From: Octopus sinensis
Taxonomy: Eukaryota
Length of the DNA stretch: 59,453 nucleotides
NCBI RefSeq assembly: GCF_006345805.1
Contig: NW_021833100.1
Location: 1 to 59,453, forward strand
Direction of reading: 5' to 3'
Below the pieces are notes generated by a model. The model did no database searches. It was not told the origin of the DNA and worked only from the letters and a program-made list of their open reading frames with translations. This document shows, one piece after another, positions 37,754 through 50,700 of the stretch. Every line of letters starts with the position of its first letter. Positions within the stretch are counted from its first letter, which is position 1. The position numbers and the translations under genes were made by a program.

Positions 37754-37980
37754 CAATTCTTGTTTGAAATATTGGATGTCGAATCATAAAAAATTGTAAA
37801 TAATGGCATGTAAATATTGAGTTGAAAAAGCTGTTTAGATACAAAATGTTAAGGGCTCTCCTTGGGGGCTGAAAGACGCGTGTCCTGTGGACCTGAAAGG
37901 CGTTCTGTTATTGGGCCAAAGCAATCCTTCGAATTTCTCTCTTCATTTGACAAAATTCATTCTTATCAGCTAGGGATGTA

Positions 37981-38547
37981 TTGGGTTGTCCGGAAAGTTC
38001 GTGCCGATTTATAGTAGCTTAACTTTCGACTAATTTTAGAACATGGTTGAGTCCATAAAATAGGATTTGACTACACCTTCATTTAGAGCAGAGTTTAAGC
38101 TATCTTTTCGTGGAAGAAGGTTTATGTTCCTATAACCTATGTTAATTCTTTAACCCTTTAAAATAAAAGATGAGAAAGTTTATTTTCGGTACTTGGTGCT
38201 TTGGGAACCAGACAATAATTGCTGCAGCTCGGCTGGGATGTGTTACCCCCACCCTCCCTATTTCCCAGATATTGCTCCTTTGGATTTTCACTTATTCAGG
38301 TCTCTGCAGAACAGTTTTAATTGTAAAAATTTCAATTCATTGGCTGATATAAAAAGATACCTTGATGAATTCTTTGTGATGAAGCCACCTCAATTCTGGG
38401 AGAAGAGTATTTTCAAGTTAAAGGAAAGATGGAGACGCATTGTACAACAAAATGTTTCATATTTGGTTGATTAAAAATGTAATGGCAAGTATTTATTGAC
38501 CTTTTTCTTTCCTTTAAAAATCGGCACGAACTTTCCGGACAACCCTA
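37981..38547 (+). mobile_element. Internally deleted mariner transposon with both TIRs
   Basis: TA|ttgggttgtccggaaagttcgtgccgattt ... aaatcggcacgaactttccggacaacccta|TA; HPPYFPDIAPLDFHLFRSLQ (YSPDLAP.D motif). Confidence 0.92.
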
Positions 38548-38808
38548 TATTTTGTTGATCTCATAAGAACTTTATAAACTTACGAGAGAACGTGAAATAA
38601 TTCTTTTTTTTTCTGCAACGTGGGAACTCTATAGAAGACGTGGGTTCGAGCCCTACGGCAGCCTTTGACGTTTTCTATCCAAAGGGATTTCCAAAAGAGT
38701 AGTTATATAGTCTTATTTATTACTTTATGTGCTTTGAGATCCACTGTTCCAAAACAGAATTACTTTGCGTTCTCTCAAAAGTTTGTGAATTCTGATGACG
38801 CCAATAAT
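38548..38808. mobile_element. MITE-like element with long imperfect terminal inverted repeats
   Basis: ataaacttacgagagaacgtgaaataattc versus gaattactttgcgttctctcaaaagtttgt; abuts (TA)n. Confidence 0.5.
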
Positions 38809-38886
38809 ATACATACATACATACATACATATATATATATATAGTGTATATATATATATATGTGTGTATATATATATATATATATG

Positions 38887-38926
<40 letters not shown>

Positions 38927-38961
38927 ATATATGTATATATATATATATATGTGTATATATG

Positions 38962-39089
<128 letters not shown>

Positions 39090-39090
39090 T

Positions 39091-39132
<42 letters not shown>

Positions 39133-39139
39133 CATATGT

Positions 39140-39275
39140 GGTGAGAATTTACAAAAAAAACAACAATAAAAGACGAAGACGGATGTGTAAACAACAAACA
39201 GATGTATTAGTTTAACGCTCGGGAAGTGAGAAAGTCTTTTACGTTTCGAGCCTACGCTCTGCGACAGAAAGAATG
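39140..39275 (-). mobile_element. Short pLTR-like element with hammerhead-like variant
   Basis: Minus strand cttt-CTGTCGCA-gagc-gtag-gctc-GAAAC-GTA-aaag (39236-39271); homologous to 46010-46130. Confidence 0.55.
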
Positions 39276-39276
39276 C

Positions 39277-39309
<33 letters not shown>

Positions 39310-40309
39310 TGTATGTATGTATGTATGTATGTATGTATATATATGTATGTACATATATATACATACATATATATGTATATATATACGCATGTGTGTACGC
39401 AAGAGTGTATTTATATATGTGTATAGATGCACCATTTCTGTGAAATATATCGGAATGTGTTGGCGGATAATATGTTGATACCGGTAAGCTGGTATTACAA
39501 AACTTGCAACAATGTGTTGCTTTGGAGGAGTATCTGTGGTGGTTTGTACTCGGAGTAACGAAATATCGAACTCTCAGTTAGTAACTAACAACTAGCGAAT
39601 AAATCAATATCGAAAAACAAAAATAAATACAGAAGCAAATAAATATAAATATGGAAGCAAATGTTGTGAACTGCTTCTAAACATGGACGATATTCAACGT
39701 CGTCCGGAAGAGATATATTCATTTCTGTTCCCTTGTAACAATATTTCACACTGTATAGAAATAATACTTCCTTTAGAACTGTAAATCAAACTTTGATCTC
39801 AAGTTTCTATGATATCTCTCTATACGAGGAAGTGTTATCGTTTTATCAGATAAGCTACTTTCTTTGACATTCCAAAATTCCTCCGTCCCAGACCTACTTC
39901 TAGCAGATCTACACTGTTTCTTATAATCTATGGACTACTTCTCGATTCTGTAAAAGGAATCAAACTTTCTCATACGTTTGCCAATTATTCAGACGGCAGT
40001 CATCTTCAGCTCGTTATCTTTATCTCTCTCTCTCTATTACGTAATAGACTTCAAAGGTTCGCTCTTTCTATGTGAACCGTTTACGCTTTGCGCTGCGAAA
40101 ATATTCAGTTTATTCCGCTTTTAGAAATCATTATCTATTTGAAACTTCAATGCGAACATTCCTTATCATATATTCCTGTAAATGCTGCGAGCAATGGTAA
40201 AGATTTGATGTCATTATTAGCAACGAACCAATCGATCCGAATTCTTCCGTCGGATTCTTCAGTACTTTAAGAAAACCTCCATGCATTTATCTATGTGTGC
40301 GCACAGGTT

Positions 40310-40900
40310 ATGCTATGCATGTGTGTGTATGTGAGCATGTTTGTATGTATGTATGTATGTATGTATGTGTGTGTGTATGTATGTATGTATGTATGTATGT
40401 ATGCATGTATGTATGCATGCATGCATGCATGTATGTATGTATGTATGTATGTATGTATGTATGTATGTATGGTATGTATGTATGTATGGTATGTATGTGT
40501 GTATGGTATGTGTGTATGTATGTATGTTTCTATGTTTGTATGTATTTATGTATTTATGTATGCATACATGTATGTATATATGTATGTTTATATGTATGTA
40601 TGTATGTGCATGTATGTGTATGTTCGATGTGTGCGTCTTCATATATGTGTATATACATCTATATACGTACATGTACGTATGTATTTATGGATGCACACAA
40701 ATACATACGCTTATGAATGTATTGTTATGTATTTGTCTTCACGTGAGCCTGTGCGTGTGTGTATATGAGTGCATGTCTACATGTGAGTGTGTGTCTGTGC
40801 ATATCTGTGACTACATGTTTGTGTACGTGTCTATGTGTGTATGCGAATGTGTGTGTGCGTGCGTGTGCGTGCATGTTTATGTGCGTGTATCTGTGTGGAT
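40310..40900. repeat. (TATG)n/(TG)n degenerate microsatellite
   Basis: Direct reading; explains ORFs between 40295 and 40955. Confidence 0.95.
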
Positions 40901-40984
40901 GTCTGTTAGTGCCAGCTTACGTAAACTATTCAGATCAACCATAGAGGAAAGATAAAAAAGAAACTATTCTTTAGACTTGACATA

Positions 40985-41200
40985 ATGAAAAAATTCATAG
41001 GCAAGCCAACCCTGACATCCACCACTGACTCCTCTGTGGCCTTCCATCCAACAATAATGGACTCAATACAAAGGCTTCAAACGGCACAATCAAACACCTT
41101 CGCTTCCAAATGTCTACTAAATGTACAAAGCACCAAGCCATCCATCGATGCGCAAACAGGGAAGATTCCATATATAGAATGTTAGATTGTTGAACAAACA
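40985..41200 (+). mobile_element. Decayed Jockey/I-group LINE fragment (post-RT region)
   Basis: KKFIGKPTLT...AFHPT...IQRLQTAQ resembles Yk.fIrP.l.Ya..aW.p....i..LQ..QN. Confidence 0.3.
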
Positions 41201-41637
41201 CATCTAATTCGTTTCTCCATCTTAACCAAGCTTCAACTCAATAACTCCCGCTTTGATGCTGAGGTACACACGTAACCAGCATTCAGAAAGCGCAGGCCGA
41301 AAAGAAAAACAAGAAAAGTGGCCATTTGCAATTGCTACGGGAAATCCGTATCTGTACACAACAAAGCTAATGTGCTTCAAGAAAGCCTCGGATATAAATC
41401 AGGCACTTCCGCTGAAAAATGCAATTTTGGAAACATATTAAAGAAGAATGATTCGAACCTTCCATCAGGGATTTGACACAGAATACTTTGAAACCTGGTC
41501 GTTGCATCTTCATTGTAAACAAAGCTGATTGGTTGATATTGTATAATTTAATGGAGGAATGTGTTCTGGTTCTTTCGTGCGTAAGACAAAAAGACGATGA
41601 ATGCATTTTGTACCTGGTGTTCAGCAACAACCACAGT

Positions 41638-42020
41638 GGAAGCGCAATGGCCCAGTAGTTAGGGCAGCGGACTCGCGGTCGGAGGATCGCAGTTTCGATT
41701 CCCAGATCGGGCGTTGTGTGTGTTTATTGAGTGAAAACACCTAAAGCTCCACGAGTCTCCGGCAGAGGGTGGTGGCGACCCCTGTTGTACTCTTTCGCTC
41801 CAACTATCTCTCACTCTTTCTTCCTGTTTCTTGTCCCCGACTTCCTACGCAACCGCTGAGCCTAGATGCGCATTCATCCATACGTCGATGCTCTCGGTGT
41901 CGGGGCTTGACCTGCTTTCTCTTCGGCGGGTCTTACGAATAGCAAAAGGACCACGTTTCGGACTTCTCCCATCTTGCCAGCTCTGGGACGAAGACCGTTC
42001 GCTCAACAGCAACAGCAACA
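41638..42020 (+). mobile_element. tRNA-derived SINE family C (tail type 2, ending in caacagcaacagcaacaa)
   Basis: A-box-like tggcccagtagttagg, B-box gtttcgattcc; first ~190 bp shared with the 37222-37506 copy. Confidence 0.8.
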
Positions 42021-42557
42021 ATCACATATCCTAATATCACAATTGAGAAAGCTCTTTCCATAGACTACGATGCGGTACCCTGCCATCTTACTTTCTCCTA
42101 TTTCAATCCAAAACCAATCATAATATATTTGAATATATCGATCTACATAGAGCACACTAGGGACTAATTATAGCTCAATTATCACTGGTAGATTGGTCCA
42201 CACACACACGCACACACACACAGCTAGAGATATTACACTGACTTGAAGATGCTTCTAACTACTAAATGCTCAAAATACACACCAAACGAAAAACAGAGGC
42301 AGGTTTGCAAAAGCGTAAAAGCCGATCATTGAAAAAAAATTAATTAATTAACTACAAACTGCGAGAACCAGCGGCGCCCACAATCTACCGAAATAACAAA
42401 GAGAGAATCGGGAAAAAATCGTGTTTATGGCATCAATAAAAGAATGATCAACAGCCAAAGGACCAATGACAAAAACGGAACCAGAAATGGAACCCAAATT
42501 GTATAATTTACCATAAGTCTATTACACTTATGTCTCCTCTATAGTTCTACAATAATC

Positions 42558-42955
42558 TTTTCTACTCTAGGCGCAAAAGCCCGAAATTTCGGGGGAGGGG
42601 GTCAGTAGATTAGATCGACTCCAGTAGGCAACTGGAACTTAATTTATCGACCCCAAATGGATGAAAGGCAAAGTCGACCTCGGCGGAATTTGAACTCAGA
42701 ACATAACGACGGGCGAAATACCTATTTCTTTACTATTCACAATGGGCTAAACACAGAGAGGACAAACAAGGACAGACAAACGGAGTAAGTCGATTACATC
42801 GACCCCAGTTCGTAACTGGTACTTATTTAATCGACCCCGAAAGGATGAAAAGCAAAGTCGATCTCAGCGGAATTTGAACTCAGAACATAACGGCAGACGA
42901 AATACTGCTAAGCATTTCGTCCAGCGCGCTAACGATTCTGTCAGCTCGCCGCCTT
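42558..42955 (-). mobile_element. Full-length dimeric SINE family A
   Basis: Two tandem cores (atcgacccc.aa.ggatgaaa.gcaaagtcga.ctc.gcggaatttgaactcagaac) plus head and tail. Confidence 0.88.
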
Positions 42956-43184
42956 ATAGGTTTACAATAATTCCAAAGCAAGGAGGACGATTCATTTCAA
43001 ACCAAAATGCAACCGTCTTCAGTCATCCTGCAGACGTTACCTTATACCGTATCAGTAGAGACAGCCCCGAATTTGTCCACCCTGGCATAAGTCTCGATAC
43101 GACATCATAGTAACAACAAATACAATTCAACTCTATCCAGAAATAGTCTCGGCTAAATTTCCGGCTCGCGTCCTCAAATATCGA

Positions 43185-43515
43185 TCTTTTATCTGTTTTC
43201 GTTTATCATTTGCTTGTTTCAGCCATGCCGGAGCACCGCCTTGAAGAATTTTTAGTCGAGCAAATCAACCCTAGGACTTATTATTTGTAAAGGCTGATAC
43301 TCATTCTATCGGTCTCTTTTACCGGGCCGCAAAGTTATGGGGGCGTAAACACACTAACACCGGTTGTAAAGCGGTGGTCACACACACAGACACACACACT
43401 ACGAAATCCATTCACAAGTCTTTAGTCGGCCCGAGGTTGCAGTAGAAGACACCCAGTGTACCATGCGGCAGGACTGAACCCGAAACCCTGTGGTTGGGAC
43501 GCAAACTTCTTATCC
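43185..43515 (-). mobile_element. SINE family B copy, internally deleted
   Basis: gccatgccggagcaccgcc tail and gtcggcccgagg..gcagtagaagacac...gactgaacccg head. Confidence 0.75.
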
Positions 43516-44100
43516 CACAGCTACACCTGCACCTATAGACACGCTTGCGCCAATATTACTTTTCCTTTAATTATTACTCCTTTAATTAATCTCTTTGGCG
43601 ATAATCGCCAGATACAGGACCCATACCTTTCTAGAGCTCCCTGTCATCTCTCTTTTCAAAAGGGGAAATACTTCGCTTGCAGTAAATTATTGGTTGATCT
43701 TAACTTCCATATTAGATAGGTGGCGGATAAGATGAAAAATGGCTGACGTCCTGGCGAACAATAATCTTCTAAATGGCTTCGGATCGCTTTGATGACATTT
43801 TAATTGATTTGGAAGAAGCTTCTAATACAGATGTAAAACAATTGGCTGCAACAGCCTTTGACAGAAAATACGGCATTGGATTTCAATGAAAACTAATTCA
43901 CTGGATTAAGTTTTTGATTTTCCTGGTAAACAGAATCAATATATTTTGACTGACGGTCCCTCTTCAGCCCATTAAATGTCATTAGTAAGGTCTCTTAAGT
44001 CACTAATTTAGGATCGTTTCCCTCTTCAGCCTTTACATAAACGGAGACCAAAATAATAACAACAACAACAACAACAACAACAATAATAATAATAATGATG

Positions 44101-44134
<34 letters not shown>

Positions 44135-44136
<2 letters not shown>

Positions 44137-45325
44137 TAATAGATGCCCTGATGCAGTACCAGGCAGTGGCTCTCATGGCTTCTGATCTTAACTGATTGCA
44201 AGTGTTATCATGTACATTGTTTTGTCTTGGTATAAAAGATGGGCTACAGCAAATATTCTGCTCAATACCACAGATTTGCATGTCAGTTGTTTGACCTTAC
44301 CCAGTTGAGCATGTCCCTTAGTGGCTGAAAATGTGTGCATCTCTGATCACGAGCAGAAGTAGTGGGGGAGCATCATAGCTATGTGTTGAGAGGGATTCTT
44401 TGGAGTTTGAATAATTAATCCCTGGAAACATGGGTGGTTCGTTCCACATCCATAAACAATCCTTATTCAGGGACCTTTTGAGCGGGATGGGTTACTCGAC
44501 CAGAAGAAAACTCTAACTGGGCCCCACCTGCAAGGTCATGTGCTGTTTATCTTGATATGAGATCACCATGTCGCGCACATATGGTTGTGATGTATGTGCC
44601 TAGTGTACCCTTATCAGACGGGTAGTCATGATGGGTATACTGGGCTTCGTATATTTTACCCCAGTGTCACTTTGATGGCATGCACTGCTCTCTCATTCAA
44701 TAATAATAATAATGATGATAATAATAATAATAATAATAATAAAATAATAATAATAATATAATAGATGCCCTGATGCAGTACCAGGCAGTGGCTCTCATGG
44801 CTTCTGATCTTAACTGATTGCAAGTGTTATCATGTACATTGTTTTGTCTTGGTATAAAAGATGGGCTACAGCAAATATTCTGCTCAATACCACAGATTTG
44901 CATGTCAGTTGTTTGACCTTACCCAGTTGAGCATGTCCCTTAGTGGCTGAAAATGTGTGCATCTCTGATCACGAGCAGAAGTAGTGGGGGAGCATCATAG
45001 CTATGTGTTGAGAGGGATTCTTTGGAGTTTGAATAATTCATCCCTGGAAACATGGGTGGTTCGTTCCACATCCATAAACAATCCTTATTCAGGGACCTTT
45101 TGAGCGGGATGGGTTACTCGACCAGAAGAAAACTCTAACTGGGCCCCACCTGCAAGGTCATGTGCTGTTTATCTTGATATGAGATCACCATGTCGCGCAC
45201 ATATGGTTGTGATGTATGTGCCTAGTGTACCCTTATCAGACGGGTAGTCATGATGGGTATACTGGGCTTCGTATATTTTACCCCAGTGTCACTTTGATGG
45301 CATGCACTGCTCTCTCATTCAATAA
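44135..45325 (+). mobile_element. Two near-identical ~565-bp family X elements in tandem (622-bp period), each ending in (AAT)n
   Basis: atagatgccctgatgcag...gcactgctctctcattcaataataat at 44139 and 44761. Confidence 0.88.
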
Positions 45326-45356
45326 TAATAATAGTAATAATAATATAATAATAATA

Positions 45357-45397
<41 letters not shown>

Positions 45398-45420
45398 AAT
45401 AATAATAGGATAATTAACTT

Positions 45421-45692
45421 TTGGGTGGTTCGTTCAACATCCTTAAACAACCCTTATTCAGGGACCTTTTGAGTGGGATAGGCTACTCGACTAGAAGAAA
45501 ATTCTAACTGGGCCCCACCTGCAAGGTCATGCGCTGTTTATCTTGATATGAGATCACCATGTCGCGCACATATGGTTGTGATGCATGTGCCTGGTGTACC
45601 CTTATCAGACGGATAGTCATGATGGGTATACTGGGCTTTGTATATTTTACCCCAGTGTCACTTTGATGGCATGCACTGCTCTCTCACACAGT
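45421..45692 (+). mobile_element. Third, shorter and diverged family X copy
   Basis: gggtggttcgtt...cttattcagggaccttttgag...gcactgctctctcac. Confidence 0.85.
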
Positions 45693-45769
45693 AATAATAA
45701 TAATAACAATAGATAAATAAATAAAGGGCAGAATATAAATCGTGGCACACAATTCTCAACTCCACAAAT

Positions 45770-45995
45770 CTATCAAGGAAGCAGATGGCCATCTAAAACT
45801 TCATTCTGATCTCCAAGCAGTAATTGAATGGGTAAAAGCAAAAGAATGCGTTGCTGAACGTGGACATAATGGAGTCCATCTACTTTACGACTGGAGACAT
45901 AAATAACCAGTTACAATTACGTCCCCTTGAAGAGTTTCGTCTCATGTTGTGATTATCGACAACAACATCAACTGGAGAGACTACATTGATAATAC
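45770..45995 (+). mobile_element. Decayed CR1-type RT C-terminal fragment
   Basis: DGHLKLHSDLQAVIEWV and VIIDNNINWRDYIDN resemble LQ.DL..v..W and LGViiD..L.w..hI. Confidence 0.5.
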
Positions 45996-46009
45996 GGGGA
46001 GAGTTTATG

Positions 46010-46130
46010 AAAAAAAAAAAGACGAAGACAGGTGGTGTACAAAACAAACAGATGTATTAGTATAACGCTCAGGAATAGAAAAGTCTTCTACGTTTCGAGC
46101 CTACGCTCTTCTACAGAAAGGGATACAGAA
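46010..46130 (-). mobile_element. Short pLTR-like element with hammerhead-like variant
   Basis: Minus strand cttt-CTGTAGAA-gagc-gtag-gctc-GAAAC-GTA-gaag (46085-46120). Confidence 0.55.
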
Positions 46131-47497
46131 AAAAACAAGGAGAGAAAAAAAGGAGAGAAAAAGGGAGAGAATAATACTATCGATGTGGATTGCAGGATAT
46201 GCTCTTGGATTCCTAAAATATTTCTTCTCCATTGCTCCAGATGTTGTCCTTCTATACTCTATTTCTGTACGGCCGACTCGGAGTCTTCTTGTTCGCTGTG
46301 ATCTCCCTATGTCAAGCAAAATCACATGAATATAAGACAATAAATAAAAGAAAATAAATATAATAAAAGAAAACAATAGATAAAAATGATATACAAATGA
46401 TAAAAACGGACATAAACAAGTAAATAAAGAAAACGTGACAGAAAATGACGTCAGAGTGACTGTGTGGAACATATATCAAGAGAGAGAATATATGTAGTTA
46501 CATGAAAAAAAAAAATGGTACACGTTGCCTTCTCTTAAAGTGACTCATGACTATAAAAAGAACTGGTGTATAACCAATATCATAGCATATCATTTGGTCA
46601 ATACAACGATATACAAAATTATAAAATCACCTTTTTATGTCAGATTAAATGCTATAAAATTAGTTCTGAATTGAAATGATAAATTATTAATACAGGCATG
46701 CAAAAACAATTATTTGTTTATATTTATTTCTATCTTTTTATGTTTAATTCTTTATTTTATTTTATATCGACATATATTTCTGCAATATATTCATACCATT
46801 CCATCAGTTTGTCACTCTTTACTCTTATTTCTTCGACGGGTTCCTTAATAATGGGTCTGATCTTTGGAAATTTCATTTTCCGTCTGTTTCGAATATAAAA
46901 TGACATTGTAGTTCAATTTTTTTACAGTGGCCTGAGAATCGGAAACGTGAAACCTGAAGGTTTAGATCTCAGTTTCTGCACAATCTTTTTGTGTGATTTT
47001 ATGAATCTTCTTCAATATTGTTCATGCTTCTTTATTATAAACTTGACATCTGTTGATTCATGAACAATTTGGTTGATTAACGGTTATTGTCATTGAAAAC
47101 TAGTGTCATTCGTAGCCCTGACAAACGAGACAAAGTACTGACAAGATATTTCCAAGGGAAATTGCAGAGAAAGAAGTATACCATTGTGTGCAGGAACGGT
47201 TGCGTGCTTAAGGAGACCACAAAGCAACAATATTGACCTGGGCTCGATCCAGTTGCGCGGTAGTTTAAACGATTTCTTCTAACATGGCCTTGGCTTCATT
47301 AGTGGTTTGGAAGCAAAACTTAGATGAAAACCCTGCAAAAGAGCGTGTGTGTATGTGTGTGTGTATGAGAGAGAGTACATATAAATATTCACACATAATA
47401 CTTCTATCTATCTATATATCTATCTATCTATCTATCTATCTATATATCTATCTATCTATCATACACACACAAACACACACACACACACATGCACATA

Positions 47498-47683
47498 TAT
47501 CTGTAATATAATATGTGACAGTTATTCGGATGCTTTAATAAGACTCCGAGTTTCGGATGTCGGGGCAGAAAACTGCTCTGGCATCTCGTTAGTTATCGAG
47601 GCAAGCGGTTTTCCGCCCCGACATCCGAAACTCCGAGTCTTATTATAGCAACCGAATAATTGTCACATATTATGTTACAGATA
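47498..47683. repeat. GC-rich 186-bp near-perfect palindrome
   Basis: tatctgtaatataatatgtgaca...gtttcggatgtcggggc / gccccgacatccgaaac...tgtcacatattatgttacagata. Confidence 0.92.
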
Positions 47684-47752
47684 AATTCGTCTATTTACAT
47701 AATTTCAAGGTCTCATTCATTCTTTTGTTGTCTTACCATTACTATTAATATA

Positions 47753-47787
<35 letters not shown>

Positions 47788-47791
<4 letters not shown>

Positions 47792-50700
47792 AAAGATAAA
47801 TGCGATACAATAAAATTAATTATAATCGCCGGTGTACCAGTACACGCCATATATTATACATATATCATTACATTCAAGGCGAAGAGTGCACTAGATACAC
47901 AATAGCTGGATAAATTTAGTGAGATGAAAATTAAAAACTTTTACAAACTTAACTTTTCTTATACTGCAGTTTCGCCAAATTCAGTAATAAAAATAGTATT
48001 TATTTACTCAGGCTGGCTCTTCAGTAAGATTCCTGTTAATGATGGGAAGACCATATCAATAGACCCATGTGCGTCTATCGAAATGCTCTTTCTAAACTAT
48101 TCAAAACACTGCGCAGACTCAGAACAAACCCGACAAAATAGGGGATTGTGGTATATCGTCTAACGGTCAGAAATTTATCGAGAGAATATGTAAACAAAGA
48201 TAAATGCGATACAATAAAATTAATTATAATCGCCGGTGTACCAGTACACGCCATATATTATACATATATCATTACATTCAAGCGAAGAGTGCACTAGATA
48301 CACAATAGCTGGATAAATTTAGCGAGATGAAAATTAAAAATTTTACAAACTTAACTTTTCTCTTATACTGCAGTTTCGCCAATTTCAGTAATAAAAATAG
48401 TATTATTTACTCAGGCTGGCTCTTCAGTAAGATTCCTGTTAAGATGGGAAGACCATATCAATAGACCCATGTGCGTCTATCGAAATGCTCTTTCTAACTA
48501 TTCAAACCACTGCGTAGACTCAGAACAAACCCGACAAAATAGGGGATTGTGGTATATCGTCTAACGGTCAGAAATTTATCGAGAGAGAGAATATGTAACA
48601 AAGATAAATGCGATACAATAAAATTAATTATTAATCGCCGGTGTACCAGTACACGCCTATATTATACATATATCATTACATTCAAGCGAAGAGTGCACTT
48701 AGATACACAATAGCGGGATAAATTTAGCGAGATGAAAATTAAAAACTTTTACAAACTTAACTTTTCTTATACTGCAGTTTCGCCAAATTCAGTAATAAAA
48801 TGTATTTATTTACTCAGGCTGGCTCTTCAGTAAGATTCTGTAATGATGGGAACACATATCAATAGACCCATGTGCGTCTATCGAGAATGCTCTTTCTAAA
48901 CTATTCAAAACACTGCGCAGACTCAGAACAAACCCGACAAAATAGGGGATTGTGGTATATCGTCTAACGGTCAGAAATTTATCGAGAGAATATGTAAACA
49001 AAGATAAATGCGATACAATAAATTAGTATAATCGCCGGTGTACCAGTACACGCCATATATTATACATATCATCATTCACAGCAAGCGAAGAGTGCACTAG
49101 ATACACAATAGCTGGATAAATTTAGTGAGATGAAAATTAAAAACTTTTACAAACTTAACTTTTCTTATACTGCAGTTTCGCCAAAAGTAATAAAAATAGT
49201 ATTTATTTACTCAGGCTGGCTCTTCAGTAAGATTCCTGTTAATGATGGAAGACCAATCCAATAGACCCAGTGCGGCTATCGAAATGCTCTTTCTAAACTA
49301 TCAAAACATGCGCAGGCTCAGAACAAACCCGACAAAATAGGGGATTGTGGTATATCGTCTAACGGTCAGAAATTATCGAGAGAATATGTAAACAAAGATA
49401 AATGCGATACAATAAAATTAATTATAGTCCCGGTGTACCAGTACACGCCATATATTATACATATATCATTACATTCAAGGCGAAGAGTGCACTAGATACA
49501 CAATAGCTGGATAAATTTAGTGAGATGAAAATTGAAAACTTTTACAAACTTAACTTTTCTTATACTGCAGTTTCGCCAATTCAGTAAAAAATAGTATTTA
49601 TTTACTCAGGCTGGCTCTTCAGTAAGATTCCTGTTAATGAGGGAAGACCATATCAATAGACCCATGTGCGTCTATCGAAATGCTCTTTCTAAACTATTCA
49701 AAACACTGCGCAGACTCAGAACAAACCCGACAAAATAGGGGATTGTGGTATATCGTCTAACGGTCAAAATTTATCGAGAGAATATGTAAACAAAGATAAA
49801 TGCGATACAATAAAATTAATTATAATCGCCGGTGTACCATACACGCCATATATTATACATATATCATTACATTCAAGGCGAAGAGTGCACTAGATACACA
49901 TTAGCTGGATAAATTTAGTGAGATGAAAATTAAAAACTTTTACAAACTTAACTTTTCTTATACTGCAGTTTCGCCAAATTCAATAATAAAAATAGTATTT
50001 ATTTACTCAGGCTGGCTCTTCAGTAAGATTCCTGTTAATGATGGGAAGACCATATCAATAGACCCATGTGCGTCTATCGAAATGCTCTTTCTAAACTATT
50101 CAAAACATTGCGCAGACTCAGAACAAACCCGACAAAATAGGGGATTGTGGTATATCGTCTAACGGTCAGAAATTTATCGAGAGAATATGTAAACAAAGAT
50201 AAATGCGATACAATAAAATTAATTATAATCGCCGGTGTACCAGTACACGCCATATATTATACATATATCATTACATTCAAGGCAAAGAGTGCACTAGATA
50301 CACAATAGCTGGATAAATTTAGTGAGATGAAAATTAAAAACTTTTACAAACTTAACTTTTCTTATACTGCAGTTTCGCCAAATTCAGTAATAAAAATAGT
50401 ATTTATTTACTCAGGCTGGCTCTTTAGTAAGATTCCTGTTAATGATGGGAAGACCATATCAATAGACCCATGTGCGTCTATCGAAATGCTCTTTCTAAAC
50501 TATTCAAAACACTGCGCAGACTCAGAACAAACCCGACAAAATAGGGGATTGTGGTATATCGTCTAACGGTCAGAAATTATCGAGAGAATATGTAAACAAA
50601 GATAAATGCGATACAATAAAATTATTATAATCGCCGGTGTACCAGTACACGCCATATATATACATATATCATTACATTCAAAGCGAAGAGTGCACTAGAT

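Noticed and set aside
41638-41710. Functional tRNA gene
   Set aside because: No acceptor-stem closure; it continues into a repeated SINE body
47924-48163. 79-aa ORF repeated in the 404-bp units (MKIKNFYKLNF...)
   Set aside because: No recognisable motif, broken in several units, and antisense to the hammerhead; its recurrence only reflects the repeat
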